Shown piece after piece: positions 26,606 to 39,975 of a DNA stretch of 64,000 nt. Each line of letters begins with the position of its first letter. Position 1 is the stretch's first letter. Under the pieces are notes generated by a model. It was not told the origin of the DNA, did not search any database, and saw only the letters and a program-made list of their open reading frames with translations. Origin of the DNA: Ramazzottius varieornatus (taxonomy: Eukaryota; Animalia; Tardigrada); contig BDGG01000008.1 of NCBI GenBank assembly GCA_001949185.1, forward strand, positions 1,714,761-1,778,760. The letters are read 5' to 3'. A program made the position numbers and the translations under genes.

Positions 26606-29600
26606 ACTAGCTAGTGGTTCTGACCACTGGAAAGGCCGAGCAAAGGAGGCAAACCATTGTAGAGCGAGTACTTTTTCTGCGTTGCGTTGCCTAATGCAAG
26701 TAATCGTTTTTCCTCGGTAGCTTTCTCCTCTATCACAGGAGAATTTGCCAGCTTAGCAAGGCGGTCAAAATCAAAACGCTAGGTGGAAACGCGAGGTCTG
26801 ACAACGACCGTACTCGAGAACAGCCAACGAATGATAGCCCTATCGCAAACTCGTTCTTTCCTAACTCAAGAACCACGCTTGGCAGTGTTGTCCCTTGCGC
26901 CTTGTGCACCGTAGCCGCATGTGCGAGTGAAAGGGGAACTTGATTCCGTGATAGCGGCTTTCCCGAAGGACTGAGCCATGTCCTTTTGAATGGATCGATA
27001 GGAACGATCCTAAGTACGAGGGGACTGAACGAAAGTCCCGTATAATCATCGAACTGAACAACTACGCACAGTGGCAGCGATGGTGCTCTGGCGTTTTCTG
27101 AGTAGACTATGCCAACGACTGACCCCAGAGACCCATTCACAAGTCCACGCTCAGTTCACAAGTTTAAATTTAGCATCACCCGGCATCCCGTAGCTAAGTA
27201 AATGACGGGATCCAAGCCTCCAGCTTGATCGTAAGAGGCTTTAGCGGCTTCTGCGTTATTGTGTACGGCTAGAATGCGAGCTACCGCAACCCCCATGTCT
27301 GCAATAACCTGCACATTTTGCGCATCCGCTGGCGCGTTGGTCTTATACAGATGGATGGACGCGTTGAAACGATTTCTTTCGGCAGGAGGAAGAGCGGTAA
27401 GGAAACGAGTCGAAAGTAACCGCCAATCCTCCAAAGTAGATGCCCCCTCCCATAACCTCCAAAGCAAGGCACGGAATGCTACAGCTTGAGGAGTTTCGCC
27501 GACTTGTCTTTGAGGAATGGATAAAACAACTGCCTTGCTGAACTTTCTGTACAATAGGAAAGCGGTCTGCACGTCCGCCACATCCGGAGTAGCATTTGCC
27601 CTGCTGTATAGTGACTTGTCGAGCACTGGGGGTAGCTGGTACAGGTCATCGACTAAAATAACAGTCAGTCCACCGAATGGTTCATTCTGGCCATCAGGTT
27701 AGCTTCTCTCAGCCTTTTGTCCATAGACAAAAACAAACGACATCCTATCATACTGCGTTCATCAACGAACAGGTAATCTGTGTTGCTAAAAGATCGCTGA
27801 AACGACCGCAAACTTTCGCCGTTGAGTGGCTGCAGCTGAGTTGACCGTATCGGTAAGCGTAACGCACTATGAACGGTTCGCCCCCCGATGTCACAAGCCG
27901 CAACACCGGTCGGCGCAAGAAGGATGCAGGTTGGACTGTACTCAACGTTATCTGCACGGTTGAGCTCGCATCTGAGGGCTTTTGTCAGAAAAGACTTTCC
28001 TGTTCCAGCTGATCCTTGCACGATGAGGAGTATCTGCTCGACGGGTAAATTGTGCCGGGAGCGTTCGAACTGTCGTAGCACTAATTCAAATACTTTGCGC
28101 TGGTCGCTATTCAGCAAGTCAGGATTCGTGAAGTTATGCTGAACACGTTGAGAAAATTCTCGCTGTTCAAGACAGCTCACATAACCAGTAATAACTTGGT
28201 CGGCTGATAGAGTAAGGCCATATGCTTCCCAGTCATGGCCAACGTCCAGTGCCCTTCGTCCGAGCTGGCCCGCTTCTATTCCCTGCAGAAGGTTGGCATC
28301 GGCGTTAGGTCCCATCCTCGCGAGAGCCATCCATGGGGGGTCCTCGGTGCCGGCCGCACCATCAGCTGGTACAACTTCGTAGTCCTCCTCGTCGTTATCG
28401 ACATCGACTACAAGGATTTACATTACCAAATGTAACCGCAGTACATTCATTTCTATATCCACCCACACAAACTTTTAAGTAACAATTCTATCCACATCAC
28501 TGAAACCGCTGTACTTGTAGTACGGACCAATAAACTAACAAACAGTCTGAGTGGTCGCAAATGCATGGAAAATGCATTTTGCATGAGAATTAGACCAAAG
28601 TGAAATGTTTCATACCTGGTACAACGGGAAGAATGTGGTTTACTGGCTGTCCTAATTGCTGGTTGAAGAAAGCACACCATGAATCTCCTGCGTCGCGGTC
28701 GATAACCGGAACTTCACATCCAAATATATCCTTTGGCGGCAGTACTGTTCGCTGGCGACATCCTCTGCAATTTTCGGGAAGACTGAAAGTATTTTCCATT
28801 TCTTGGGCTCCAGCATGGTCCACTCTTGGTTGATACGCGACCAAACACACTGCGTAGCAGTCATCCGTAAGGAATACTCTTCTATGTCACCTTGCCGGCG
28901 CATGTAATTTACCATAACATCCGTACTGGTAGCGTTCTCCTCATCCTGGTCAGCCTCAACATGCTGCAGCCGCCGCAGATTATTGTCTTCGTACAAGTTC
29001 AACTTAATGAACCCGCAGGTACAGTGATATAAAGGTAGTCCCTGCAACAGATGGCAAACGTCCTGAGCCGAATAGGTTCGCTCGCTGACAATCCTTATCA
29101 GTAGTCTTTGTGTTGTCTGGCGGGGCGGGGCGTGGCATCAGCAGGCATATCAGCCAAAATGTTCTGAAATAATTGTCCGAAGGTTTCCGAACGTGGCTCC
29201 GATTTGCTACAGTACTTGGTCACATACTGCAACAACACATATCGACTATGGAAGAGAAATCCATATTGGCTCTCCAGATCATTAGTACACCGTCGTTATG
29301 GTTGTTCAGCAAACGATCATTGCGGGCAGTAATTAGCTGCCATTTGTCTCTTTCATCCTTAACCAAGCTTGCATTTTCCGCCAGTTCTTTTGGAAAGTGG
29401 AATCTACAGTACTGTTGCTGAGTTCGTTTGTCTTTCAGAAGACAGTACCCGGGCGTACAACGAGTATGTCGGAGCACCATGTTTTGAAGGTTCCCGTAAT
29501 CCTCGTCGTCTCGAAGCTGTCCCACTCGAGGTTGGCACGGATGAACGTCCGCGTTAGGCGCATTTGGCGCCTAACGCGTTCCACGTCGAAATAATATTAG

Positions 29601-31560
29601 CAAAGTAGTCGGTTATCTACTGACGCACCTCCGCAGTATTGTTCTCGATGTCTTTTATATCAGGTACATCCCAAAACCAGAGAAAACCGTGTATGTGCCC
29701 AATTCCTCTATGTTGCCATTCGAAGCGCAACCAATAATCCGATGATGGAAAGATGTGAGAAAGTACCATGTCGAAGAACTTGGTGACCCGTTCCTGTAAG
29801 AGCCAACTCGCTAGTGCTGGGCTGTTGTTCAGGTTATTTCGACGAAAATTGTATCTGTCATCCGCGTTCAGATTGGCTGGATAATTCAGTGGCAAAAGTA
29901 AGTCATGCAGCTCGGGCCAGTGGAGATCCGCTGCGCTCAAAGTGATGAACACTCTTGGAGGTCCTATCTGGTTGATCATGTCCGTGGGCTCATTCCGGAT
30001 TTTGTACCACTATTGCCGTGTGCCTCGTAGGGTTTCTCCGAAGTGGACAATGCGGGCAGCGATTCTAACTGGGTCGTTACTGCAGCGGTCAGCAAACTCA
30101 GCGGCTGTCATATTCTGTTCTGCTGGTAAACGGTATTTCAGAAATACTGAACCCTGAGTCAGAGCATGCCACCGTACCTCCGAATTGAGTGCAAAAAAGA
30201 TAAACCTCCTCTCTCGGTATTTCAAAAGATGCTTGAAATATTCGGCCGGCTTTACTTCCCGGGGACGAGGTAGACGGAAGTCACAAGTACCGAAGGCAAA
30301 CAACGTAGGAAAAGCCATATACCCTTCAGTGTTGAACCCATTGATTGGTTCTGCAGCAATTACAGGCCACGGTACGTGGTCGGTGTTCAAATTGAGGTTG
30401 GCAACTTGTTGGTGAATAGCGTCTTCGACGGCAAGTACAGGTGCATTAGGTATAGCATAAATTTTCACCACATTGTCCATATTCCCTCTCCACCTGCGGG
30501 CACATTAGCGACTAGCACGGCGTCTGCGATACCATCGGTGCTGTTGATAAACGGCAGAAGTGCCTCCACGTTTCCGTCTTGGGGCAGCATGGCAAGGTTA
30601 CTCTCATCAATTTGTATATCAGTGTAGTGTCGGTTGTTCTGTCGAAGCCACAGCAAGGCACCAAGAACCTTTTCCCGACGAACATGGAAGTCTTTATAGG
30701 CTTCAACATTACGTGCGGTCCGCCGAACTATCACAATATCCAGCGTGCGTACATTGCGTGGCAGATTGGTAACGAAGCCCTTAACATGTTGCGGAAAACT
30801 AATGACGTTACCCGTGTAACCGCGTTGGCCACCCTTCAGGCTGAAGACTTGAACCACTGTCGCAACCTCCGCTATAAGCATTTGCTCTACTTGAGTCAAA
30901 CCCTTAGGTTGATCCGGAACAAATACACCTGGATCGAGTTCATTTTCAGCCGACAACTTCCGCACTCCAGAAATATGCTTATCTCTAGCACAACGCTTGC
31001 ACTCTGTCGAGTTCGGAGTAAATTGCAGGTCAGGAGAGGCATCGTTACAACAAGCGCATACTTTCCTGCCGTTTAAATTGGCTATATGGACACGAAAATT
31101 GGTCACAGCCTGACGAAATCTGCCCACAGCGGCATCCATATGAATATGATCGTTATCCGAGTCGCTTTCGTCTTCGTAGTTCCGAGCACGCCTGTCCAAA
31201 AGTAAGCGGTTATGCGGCGTCAGTTGGTATTCGTCACCCGGGTCTGCTCCCCGCCGTACTCGTTTTCGTGCTCGACCAGACACCGGCGAATCTTCATCGT
31301 CGCTTCCGCAAGAAAAATCAACTGTGAGGAATGCAACCACGTGACAGCTTATTATTACCCACTACGGGTAAATGTTACCAGTGCAGCCTATTTACTTCTC
31401 ACGAGGGCATTATTTACTGTTGGCACGGCTAAATTCGCGATATCCTATGAAAAGAAACCCTTGGATTGCTGACATCCTTGAAACCCTTGGATTGCTGACA
31501 TCCGGGGGCTGCGCCCCCTGAACTCTTTTGCCGGCTCGCACTGCGGCGCTTCGCTCCTCC
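26606..31560 (-). mobile_element. Degenerate Helitron (RepHel: DUF6570-like region, HUH Rep, PIF1 helicase), frameshifted
   Basis: Collinear minus-strand fragments: LTQVEQMLIA...YTGNVISFPQ; FPTLFAFG; FITLSAADLHWPEL; RFEWQHRGIGHIHGFLW; RHTRCT..YC; GSAGTGKS; APTGVAA; DERSM; TVHKAQG; YVxxSR-like FVGCSRV. Putative 3' hairpin + CTAG next to the gap. 5' limit approximate. Confidence 0.92.
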
Positions 31561-32470
31561 GTTGCTCGTTCTTCCACCATGTTCTGAGTTCTTTCGGGGT
31601 GATTGTTGCAGTGTCCACAGTGCCCTCCATCAAAACGGATGCGTGATTAGGGTTGCTGCTGGCGCAGTGAAAGTGCGTTTTCGGCGCGAAAATGGGTGCA
31701 GCATACGTACCCTGGATAATTGTTGGCCGGTTCCTAATGATTGGTCACCCGCTTTTGGAGCCGTCGAGAAAGCCGACTGGTTTGGCTTCGTCTGGTGGAC
31801 CTTTCATGTTCATAAGCTATGTGGATGATCTTCAGTCGATTCAATCGAGTCACTGATCGCCGAAATAAACGGGTGGCCAATAACTGATAACAGGCCAATA
31901 ATTATGTTAGCTACGTGTACTGCCATCGTAAGTCGTAACTTGTGACTCACAGTACGGTTCCCCGGTAAAATTATTAATCGCCCCGATCAAGTGGCGTGTC
32001 TTTTTTCAGTACTGTGTTTGCGATATCTGAAAGCTCGAAGAATCTGATCGTCCATTGAAATCTCGACAAACTTAAAAGAGCCTCGCTTCGCTCGGCCTGA
32101 TTATGACGCCCCCTACAGCTTACCGCCAATGAAACATCACACGACGGTGAAAATCAGTTTTATTTGTAGTCCATTGGGGATCTTGCAGTTGCAGACCTAT
32201 GTGCAAACAATAAGAAAACCAAATGAGGAACTGAAGTAACGCTGCTTACGCTAAAGGAACAAAACTCAACAGCGGACGTCATCTTGCTCGCCCAGCCAAC
32301 AGCGACTCTATCGTAGGATCAGGAACACCATCCATCATAAAATTAAACAGAATCAGTGGCGTAAAACAAATCAACACAAGGATTCTCAAAACAGATCTAC
32401 ATTTTCTGTTTTCCAAGGAACTTCTGAGGATTACACTTCCAGGGCCAGCTTTCAATACATGCCGGCATAT

Positions 32471-33120
32471 TCAGGCGGAAGGCTTCTTTGCTTTCGACTG
32501 GACGATGATTTGAACTTTGATCTGGGATATTTGATTCTGCAGCTTTGCGTAGTCTAGAGCCGGGTGATTACCCTTGACTTGCACGTACTTCGCCGTCATA
32601 CCTGTAGCACGACCCAGGAAAATTAGTGCTGCACACAATATCCAAGTCGCGAACAGAAGTTCAACTTTTCATAAACGCTTACCTCTCAAGCCATCAAGCT
32701 TTTCCTTGTCAAAAGGCACTGCACCCTTGGATCCCCACTGATTTTCTTTCGAAGTGCTGGAGCGAATTTTGTCCAGAGTGAATATTTTCAGCGCGGCATA
32801 CCTGAGGAAAAAAGTATTACTAAATTTCTAGGAAAACTAAATCCCCTCACTTTTCCAGAATCCCTGCGCTACAGATGTACCAGGAAGACAAGAGCATCAT
32901 TGGCTTCAGTGAAACATTATAGCAGCACTCGCAGCTGCGAAGAAGTTAAACTCACCTTGTTGGTTCCAACCGTTCGAAGTATTATTGACGTCGGACGGCG
33001 CAGCTCCAGCTATGACAGCGAAGTATGTTTCGCAATGATAGATGACGGAATCCAGAGTCGAGAATGAAGATGGGAGTAAGATGACGGGAAGAAAAACGAT
33101 GGAAAGAAATTCAAAATGTT
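32471..33120 (-). pseudogene. Spliced gene fragment with a BEN-domain-like C-terminus
   Basis: Exons 32801-32683 and 32601-32471 splice to YAALKIFTLDKIRSSTSKENQWGSKGAVPFDKEKLDGLRGMTAKYVQVKGNHPALDYAKLQNQISQIKVQI. Upstream exons lack a clean frame and start codon. Confidence 0.45.
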
Positions 33121-34390
33121 TATGGTTTTCTCATGCGATCTTTTCGTACGAGTCCGAACAAATCAACAATCAAGCAACGGGCCTGTACGAGCGAGCGAAC
33201 CGAGCGGGATTGTGTTGCGCCATGCCGATCGTAATCGTGCTTATGACGTCAAAGATCCGACTAATGATGCCTGTTTTTATTGTGAAATCATTTAAACTTA
33301 TTTCTGTGCGTGCGGCGCAGTAGCGTTAGTCATCGAAGGTCTCGCGGTAACCTCCCCACTGTCCGCACGACACTCAACTCCCAGTCTCCATCAAAGTCAG
33401 ATCCTGGCAAACAGTAGTGAGTCGTCTCCTGATCCCGTTGGAGGTTGCCTTCAAACAGGATGTAACGGTGAGAGTCGGTGCGGCAAACATGTCAGTTATA
33501 TCAAGCCATGCATGACACGGTGACACCATACTAGGGAGTGCTTTTGAATTTTGACCGAGATTGCTTTTCGGACCTCAGATCTGGACAGTTAAAACACTGG
33601 GGTAAGTCTTGACCTCCATAGTACCGTAAAGTGCATGGAACACCGGTGCCCAGAGTGTTGGACTCCATACTTGGACAACAGTAGTCTTGGACTCCATACT
33701 TATCTTATCCTCTTGAGTGCCAAAAAGATACATCGAGCTCTTCAAGGAATACGCCCTGGTTAGCGCGACCCCACATTGCTTTCCGGTACTCGCACGGTCG
33801 TACTTCCGGCAGAAGGCGAGGGCCCTACTTTATCAAGCTTTGTTGACACTTCCTTTTCTTTCATTGTTGTACCCCGGTGTCTTCAGATCTACTCGTTCGG
33901 GCAAATTTCGGATTGAAAGTATCGGATCACGGAGTACAGAGTAGTTCAGAGTAGTACAGAGTAGTCGGGGTACAGTAGTTTCCTAACACGAAACTCGTTT
34001 GCGACGGAAGGAGAAACCCCAAACCACAGGGCGTAGTACCGACAAAGGTCGGGCCAAAGTGTACGTGTTGTTCCAACCTGGGCAGCTACGGCGTCGGTTA
34101 ATTCGAGTATTTACCGGCTGCAAGGATCAGTGCGCGGTCTATTTTATTCCGTATCGCGGCGAGATTTGTTATTGTTGTACGGTGGGGGGGGGGGGTGTGT
34201 TACTCGCTCGCAAACTGCGGAAATGGCCCCCGTTTAAGCTGTCGCTTCCTTTCAAGTGTCCTTGTTGACACTCCGCGAGATGGAAGGGTGCAGGGCAAAG
34301 TACATAAATACAGGTTTACTATGAAGTGCGCGGCTTTTCGTACGTAGAAATCACGGACACATCCACCTCTGTCAACACATTCAAACATAT

Positions 34391-34664
34391 GAGCAGTGGG
34401 CAGAGTAGATCAGTAAGGCGGGGCTAGAATGAGAAGTATGGAGCGGTAACAAATTGGAAATTGCCTTNNNNNNNNNNNNNNNNNNNNNNNNNNNNNNNNN
34501 NNNNNNNNNNNNNNNNNGAAATTGCCTTTAGTTGGCCAATCAAGATTGTCGAAATCGAAAATTTGGTGCCTTCATTGGTCGTCTACGGATATTCTTTAAT
34601 TTCATGCCCCGCTCCATACAATGTCATCCGGCCGCGCCTTACTGATCTACTCTGCCCACTGCTC
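34391..34664. mobile_element. MITE-like inverted-repeat element spanning the 50-N gap at 34468-34517
   Basis: GAGCAGTGGGCAGAGTAGATCAGTAAGGCG...GGAGCGG is inverted to CCGCTCC...CGCCTTACTGATCTACTCTGCCCACTGCTC. No clear TSD. Confidence 0.75.
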
Positions 34665-34799
34665 TTTTATTGTGCTAACCTGACAAAGCACACTTCAACT
34701 ACACCCAGTAACAGTCATCTTAAATTTCATTTCTTTACGGCTAGGGCCTGAGATATTAATATCACAAAGTTTTCAAAATCCTATCTTGGTGCGGATAAC

Positions 34800-35548
34800 A
34801 TGGAGCGTAACTGGATATTCGTCATGGCATGCTTTGGGTTACTGTTTTGCCTGGTGGCTCCCGGTAAGTGCCTGGTTTGTGCACTACGGATTGAGAGAAC
34901 GAAGACACAGAAGCACAGTGCATGTGTTATTTGGGAGTAATTAGTTTGCTGTATCCTGTAGGTTTTGGCTTGCAATGTTACACATGCGACAGCCGCGGTA
35001 CCGGATGCGGTGATCCATTCAACAAGGAAGCGACTGGTATAACGCCCGCGACATGCGAACCACATGTCCTTGCTTGTGGAAAATGGGTCTCCAACGCCAC
35101 ACGTAAGTAAATAAGGATAGAATAGTAACCGGTTTCGCTGCTCAGAGCGCAATTTGCAGGCTAGCAGTTGAATGGGTGCCAGCAGAAAAGGACAATTTGA
35201 CAACTATGACTGTTGTCTTACTTTTGCGTCATAATGGTCAAAGTTCAAGCTACTGTAATAACCTCCTGTGTGACGGTGTGTCAGGTTTCCACTTTTCGTC
35301 CCTGAGGGGATGCACCATCCCAATTTGATAACTGGTCATAGGGCGATCTGTTTACAGGCACAGTGGTGCGCGGATGCACCAGCCAGTCGACAGGCTGCGA
35401 TTATTCCAGGGACTCGTCGGGAGTCGAAACTTACCGATGCGGCTGTTTAACGGACTTTTGCAACGCGGCGTCTGACATGTACAGTCACGCAACCATTTCC
35501 GGGTTACTGTTCGCGCTGATGGTTGTTCGATGTTTGACCAAGTTGTAA
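34800..35548 (+). CDS. Ly6/uPAR three-finger protein (quiver/sleepless-like), probably GPI-anchored; 3 exons
   Basis: Signal peptide | LQCYTCDS...CGDPF...C...CGK...VVRGC...C...CGCLTDFCN, then a hydrophobic C-terminal tail. Confidence 0.88.
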
Positions 35549-36765
35549 AGGATTTTGCCTTACTCGCCTTACATAAGTACCGACGACGATCAGTGGTTGA
35601 ACAATACCGTCAATACGTACTGTACACCGATGCACGGAATGATCGTCCGTGGTTTTTCTTTCGTTAACTTTGCTCTCGTGGACAGAGGGCGGTACTATAT
35701 CGTAATGTTGTTGGGACAAAATGTCGACCTAACCTTTACATCGACTACGACTGTCAACCAACGCCAAAATGGACTTTCCGGAAAATCATTTTGCATATAA
35801 CTCGAGTCGTAGTAGCAAGTGACCAACACAATCATCGCTTCGACGAGGTTGCAGGAGCATGCAGCAGCTTTTGTCAGGACCTCCAGATCCGTATCACAAC
35901 GATCAAGAGCCTACAATAACATTGTCTGATCATGAACGCCTCTCCCGACAAGATGCAACAGAAGTCACAGACAGGGTGAAAATTCAACAACAGGTCGGCA
36001 TATTTTTCATTACTGTACGCCGCGTGAACCAGCTTTGTATTTGTCCAACGAACATTCATTTCATCACTGGGCTCGGTACCGCATTCTTCGCTGCGTAAAG
36101 CAAACCAAAAGTCAGCGGTCGGTACCTTGGAACATGCCAAGCCTGCGGATTTGGTTAATTTCTCTGGCCATGGATCACTATAGCGGGACGAGCTCGGGGT
36201 GACTGTAATGCAGGAATCTTCCATGTGCCTTTCAAATATCGCTGATTGTTGAGGGTTGACGTAAATAAGTCACGGGACCACGTACACTACTGTCCCGGTA
36301 AGTACACCACACTCCATACCAAGGTGACAGATATCTTTACAGTATGATAATACTGTACCGTAGTACTATGGAACCTGAACACTGGACTTCCACAGTTTCT
36401 GGTTCAACCATTTCGCGCTGGTCCTCGCTGCATGGACCTTCCTCACGTTTCACCCACCTCCGGTAGCTCGCCAGGGTGTCTTTTAATACACCTATCTTCG
36501 GATTGCAAGAGCGAGATTGAACTGTCATGACAGTCATGTACTGCACATCCGTCTGCTAATCTTCGCCAGATTAAACTACCCCATGTTTGTAAGCTTCAAT
36601 CATTTATCAGTGGTTGTAGAGCGCCTACAGTAGTATCTTGCCATCACCTCGCATTCTGTCCGTTTGAGAATATGAAAACTGCAGACCATGCTTCGGTGTC
36701 CAAGGTCTATGGGCGGCGAATGCGATCACCGTGAAAAGTAGCTATCGAAACTGATAGCTATCAGT

Positions 36766-36815
36766 NNNNNNNNNNNNNNNNNNNNNNNNNNNNNNNNNNN
36801 NNNNNNNNNNNNNNN
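36766..36815. other. Assembly gap (50 N)
   Basis: Run of N. Confidence 1.
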
Positions 36816-36870
36816 GGTGACCGCATCCGCCGCGGATAAAGGTCTACCTTTTGTTGCATTGCAATCTTTC

Positions 36871-38560
36871 TATGTTTGTCGCTTTGTACAGCCCAAGAAC
36901 CACCAAAGGTTGTCATTGTTTCTCCGGGTTACACAGGGTTCCAGACCCGTTCTTCTTTGAGTTACGTCGGGCCAGCCATCGACAAGGCAATGGAGAATGT
37001 CCGCACGCTGTACCAGGATTCTCTGACGTTTGACCATATTTATCTGACTGACCCTGCGTATTCGAGATGCCTCACCGTCGCGGACAACGTCCAGCATCTG
37101 CTGGCCAGGTGGTACTACGGTTATACAAGCCGCCAAAACAGAAGTGATGAAGAAATCATTGCTATTGTAACTACCGCATGTATTGAATCGACCAAGATAA
37201 GTCAGTCGACTGCTTCGAGGAATATCCTAACGATAACCAGGTACGTCGATCGTATTCACAAAGAAGATGGTTAATTCTGTCGTTTGACTGGTGCAGTTTG
37301 GACAAGGATATTTCTATCCGGAATCGAGTTTCCAACCCGACATGGATTACAGCTTCACCTTACATGACCGAACAAGATGTCTACTGCTGCTTCCTCCATT
37401 ACGCCAACTGGACTGATGTCTTCCTGGTCCTACCCCAGCCAGGTGCCCGCCAATGGCTCCACTTAATATCCAGGACGCTCCTAGCCAGCCTGAAACTTTG
37501 CGGGATTCGTGTCACCGGGAGCCAGATTGTAGGCACCCCTAGTCTGCTGCGCAACTTCGTCCGGGAAAGCAGGGGTAATCGTACCAGACGTGTATTGTCT
37601 AACCAGGAATCTCCCGTTGATTTTAACATTGCTCTTTCTAGTAATACTCTTTTTGGCTGAAACATATTCGTTTCGAAACTTGCTGGTAAGTTTCACCTAT
37701 GTTTCTTATCCCGGTTCTCGAAACTCCAGACTATCCCGATTTCGTCTTTGTAATTTTGCAGTTGGAAGCATCCGCCATGAATATCATGGAAGGAGAACAC
37801 GTAAGTTAGAAAAAAAGACGTGCACACTCATGTTCCCTAGACGCCCTCTTTCGAGTCAAATCAGACGGGTAACCGGTAACTGACCTTCTGCAGGTTTTGA
37901 TCGTAGCAGAGGACTTCCGAGATACCAACATCACCCGCAATACTTCTACATACAGCCCTTTCTGGTTCCACTGTGTCAACAACAGTCGTTTGCAGGGCGT
38001 ATCGTGCCGTGATACGTCTGGTCATGAGCGATCTTGGCGAACGTAAAATAAAGAAATCAGAATCTCTTCGACAAAAATGGAAGATCCGCACTGTGAACGA
38101 TCAAGTCCGACCCCTGGTAAATAATGGGTTATTTAGCCTTCTGGTGATACGTATTAGCAAGCTTCTTGAAAGTCCTGGTGAACTTGTTGGTATCAATATC
38201 GGGTTTTCAGCCAGCCGCTATTTCGGTCGCTACTTACGAGGCAATCGAAGCGGTGGGACAAATAATCAACGAAACCGCCGCCAAGTACGGTTCGGAGAGT
38301 TCTAGATTGCGTGACGGGACCTATCTGGCCAGTCAATTTCTTAATCGGCATTTCGTCACTGCCGCGGGGGACTTTTACATTGGTCCCACTGGCGAGAAGG
38401 TGCCAGACGTGACGTTCGGTTATTATGATCCCCACACCTATTCTACGTCTTGTCATACACAGGGTAGTAAAACAACCTCGAGAACATGACCCATTGTGGT
38501 GGTGCCTGGAAGACCGAGAGCTGAAAGTACTGTATAAAGGCCATTCTTGGATCCAGTGAG
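36871..38560 (+). pseudogene. Receptor guanylyl-cyclase/ANF-receptor-type ectodomain fragment
   Basis: YVGPAIDKAMENV, FLHYANWTDVFLV, DGTYLASQFLNRHFVTAAGDFYIGPTGEK. Frames are disrupted and no TM, kinase or cyclase exons are visible downstream. Confidence 0.6.
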
Positions 38561-39975
38561 CATGCATCGCGGTTATACTTCCCAAACACGAATTGGCAGC
38601 GGTGTAGTACTCTGGTTTAAGATATTGAGGCTGATCGTGACCGACTGATTGAATATCCGTAATCTGAAATTAGTCCTCCTCACGACAGGCTGTAAAACTC
38701 CGTTGATTGCGTTGATCTTGAAAGTGGATTACGAAGTTTCGCTTTCAAGATAAGCAGCCCTCGAATAGCTTATCTTGAAAGCGAAAACGGATTATTCTCT
38801 GCACACTTGACTCAAGATTTCAAATTTTCATTTCTCAGCTGATCTCTGTCTGCACAGTGCTTCACGTTGCGAGATACCGTTTCACGTATGGGCTTCTTGA
38901 TACCTATTAGTGTCGGGGATATCGACAGACAGAGACTAGCCAGAGAGAAAACCATGAATTTCAGCCTAGTCAGCAGGCAACGTTTGCCCACAAACCTACC
39001 CCGCAAAACTCGCGCATTTCCGCTCCCGTTTTCGAGACTTTCGAAAAACGCAATTTTGCCTCGCTCACGACTAATTTCCGTTGATCAAGCAAATTCAAAT
39101 TTTATATCAACCGTTTGCGACATAAACAGCTCGGCGTGAGGAGAACTATTGTTCGAGAAACGGGTCTTTCGTCTGGGGCGTTGAGGGTCGGTTCGAAGCG
39201 ACCGGAGCTATGTTGTCGGGCACTCAATGAAGCTATATTGTCGGGCCTTCGATGGGAAAGATTTTGGTGTGAACTGCGAATTCGATAACTGAACGACGGC
39301 TGAGCTATGAACGACTATAGCTTAGTAAGTCGACTTATTCGAGCGACCAAGATCGCTGCTTTCGCCAACGTCACTGGGCTACGGTCTCTTCCTTTGCAAT
39401 CTTCCGGATGTTTACGAGCCGTAACGATGGTTGTGGCCTGATATGTGTCTGATATTATGGGCAGGACGCCAGAACAAATCAGTTTGACTGAAAACTCCAT
39501 CTCGTAGCCATCGATTCCTTGCTATAGGGAGCGTTACCGAGGAAAAGGGTCAAGTGGTCGGGCGAAGTTGTAATCACCCGTTTTTGGTTTTCCATGGCTG
39601 TCGCGGTTGTCGCACTCAAGATCGAATGTACCACGTTTAGATATACAATTTCATGCGGGAGAAGATTTTTTTCTCCTCAACACGACATTCGATCAGTCGG
39701 TCGCGACAAGCGTCATATGGACTCAAAGTTGCCGTCGAAAGTTTACAGTGTACTGGCACCCCGTTTGACTTTGCGCTCCCTAGACGTTCAGTCCATTTTC
39801 AATTACTTGAAGCTTGTGCCCACAAATCTGCTGTTTCATTTTGCAGCGCGTTCCGAAGTTTGCTTTTTTCTTTCTGGCGGTTTTGAATTCGTCGTGTCAA
39901 GACGCCAAAATCCTAGCTGCACCCTTCCGCCTTCGGTCCATAGGGTCGGGGCAACTGGGTTCAGTTATTCGAAAC

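Noticed and set aside
33385-33410. GSDFDGD as an RdRP or RNA-polymerase catalytic motif
   Set aside because: Isolated in a ~50-codon frame with no double-psi barrel context.
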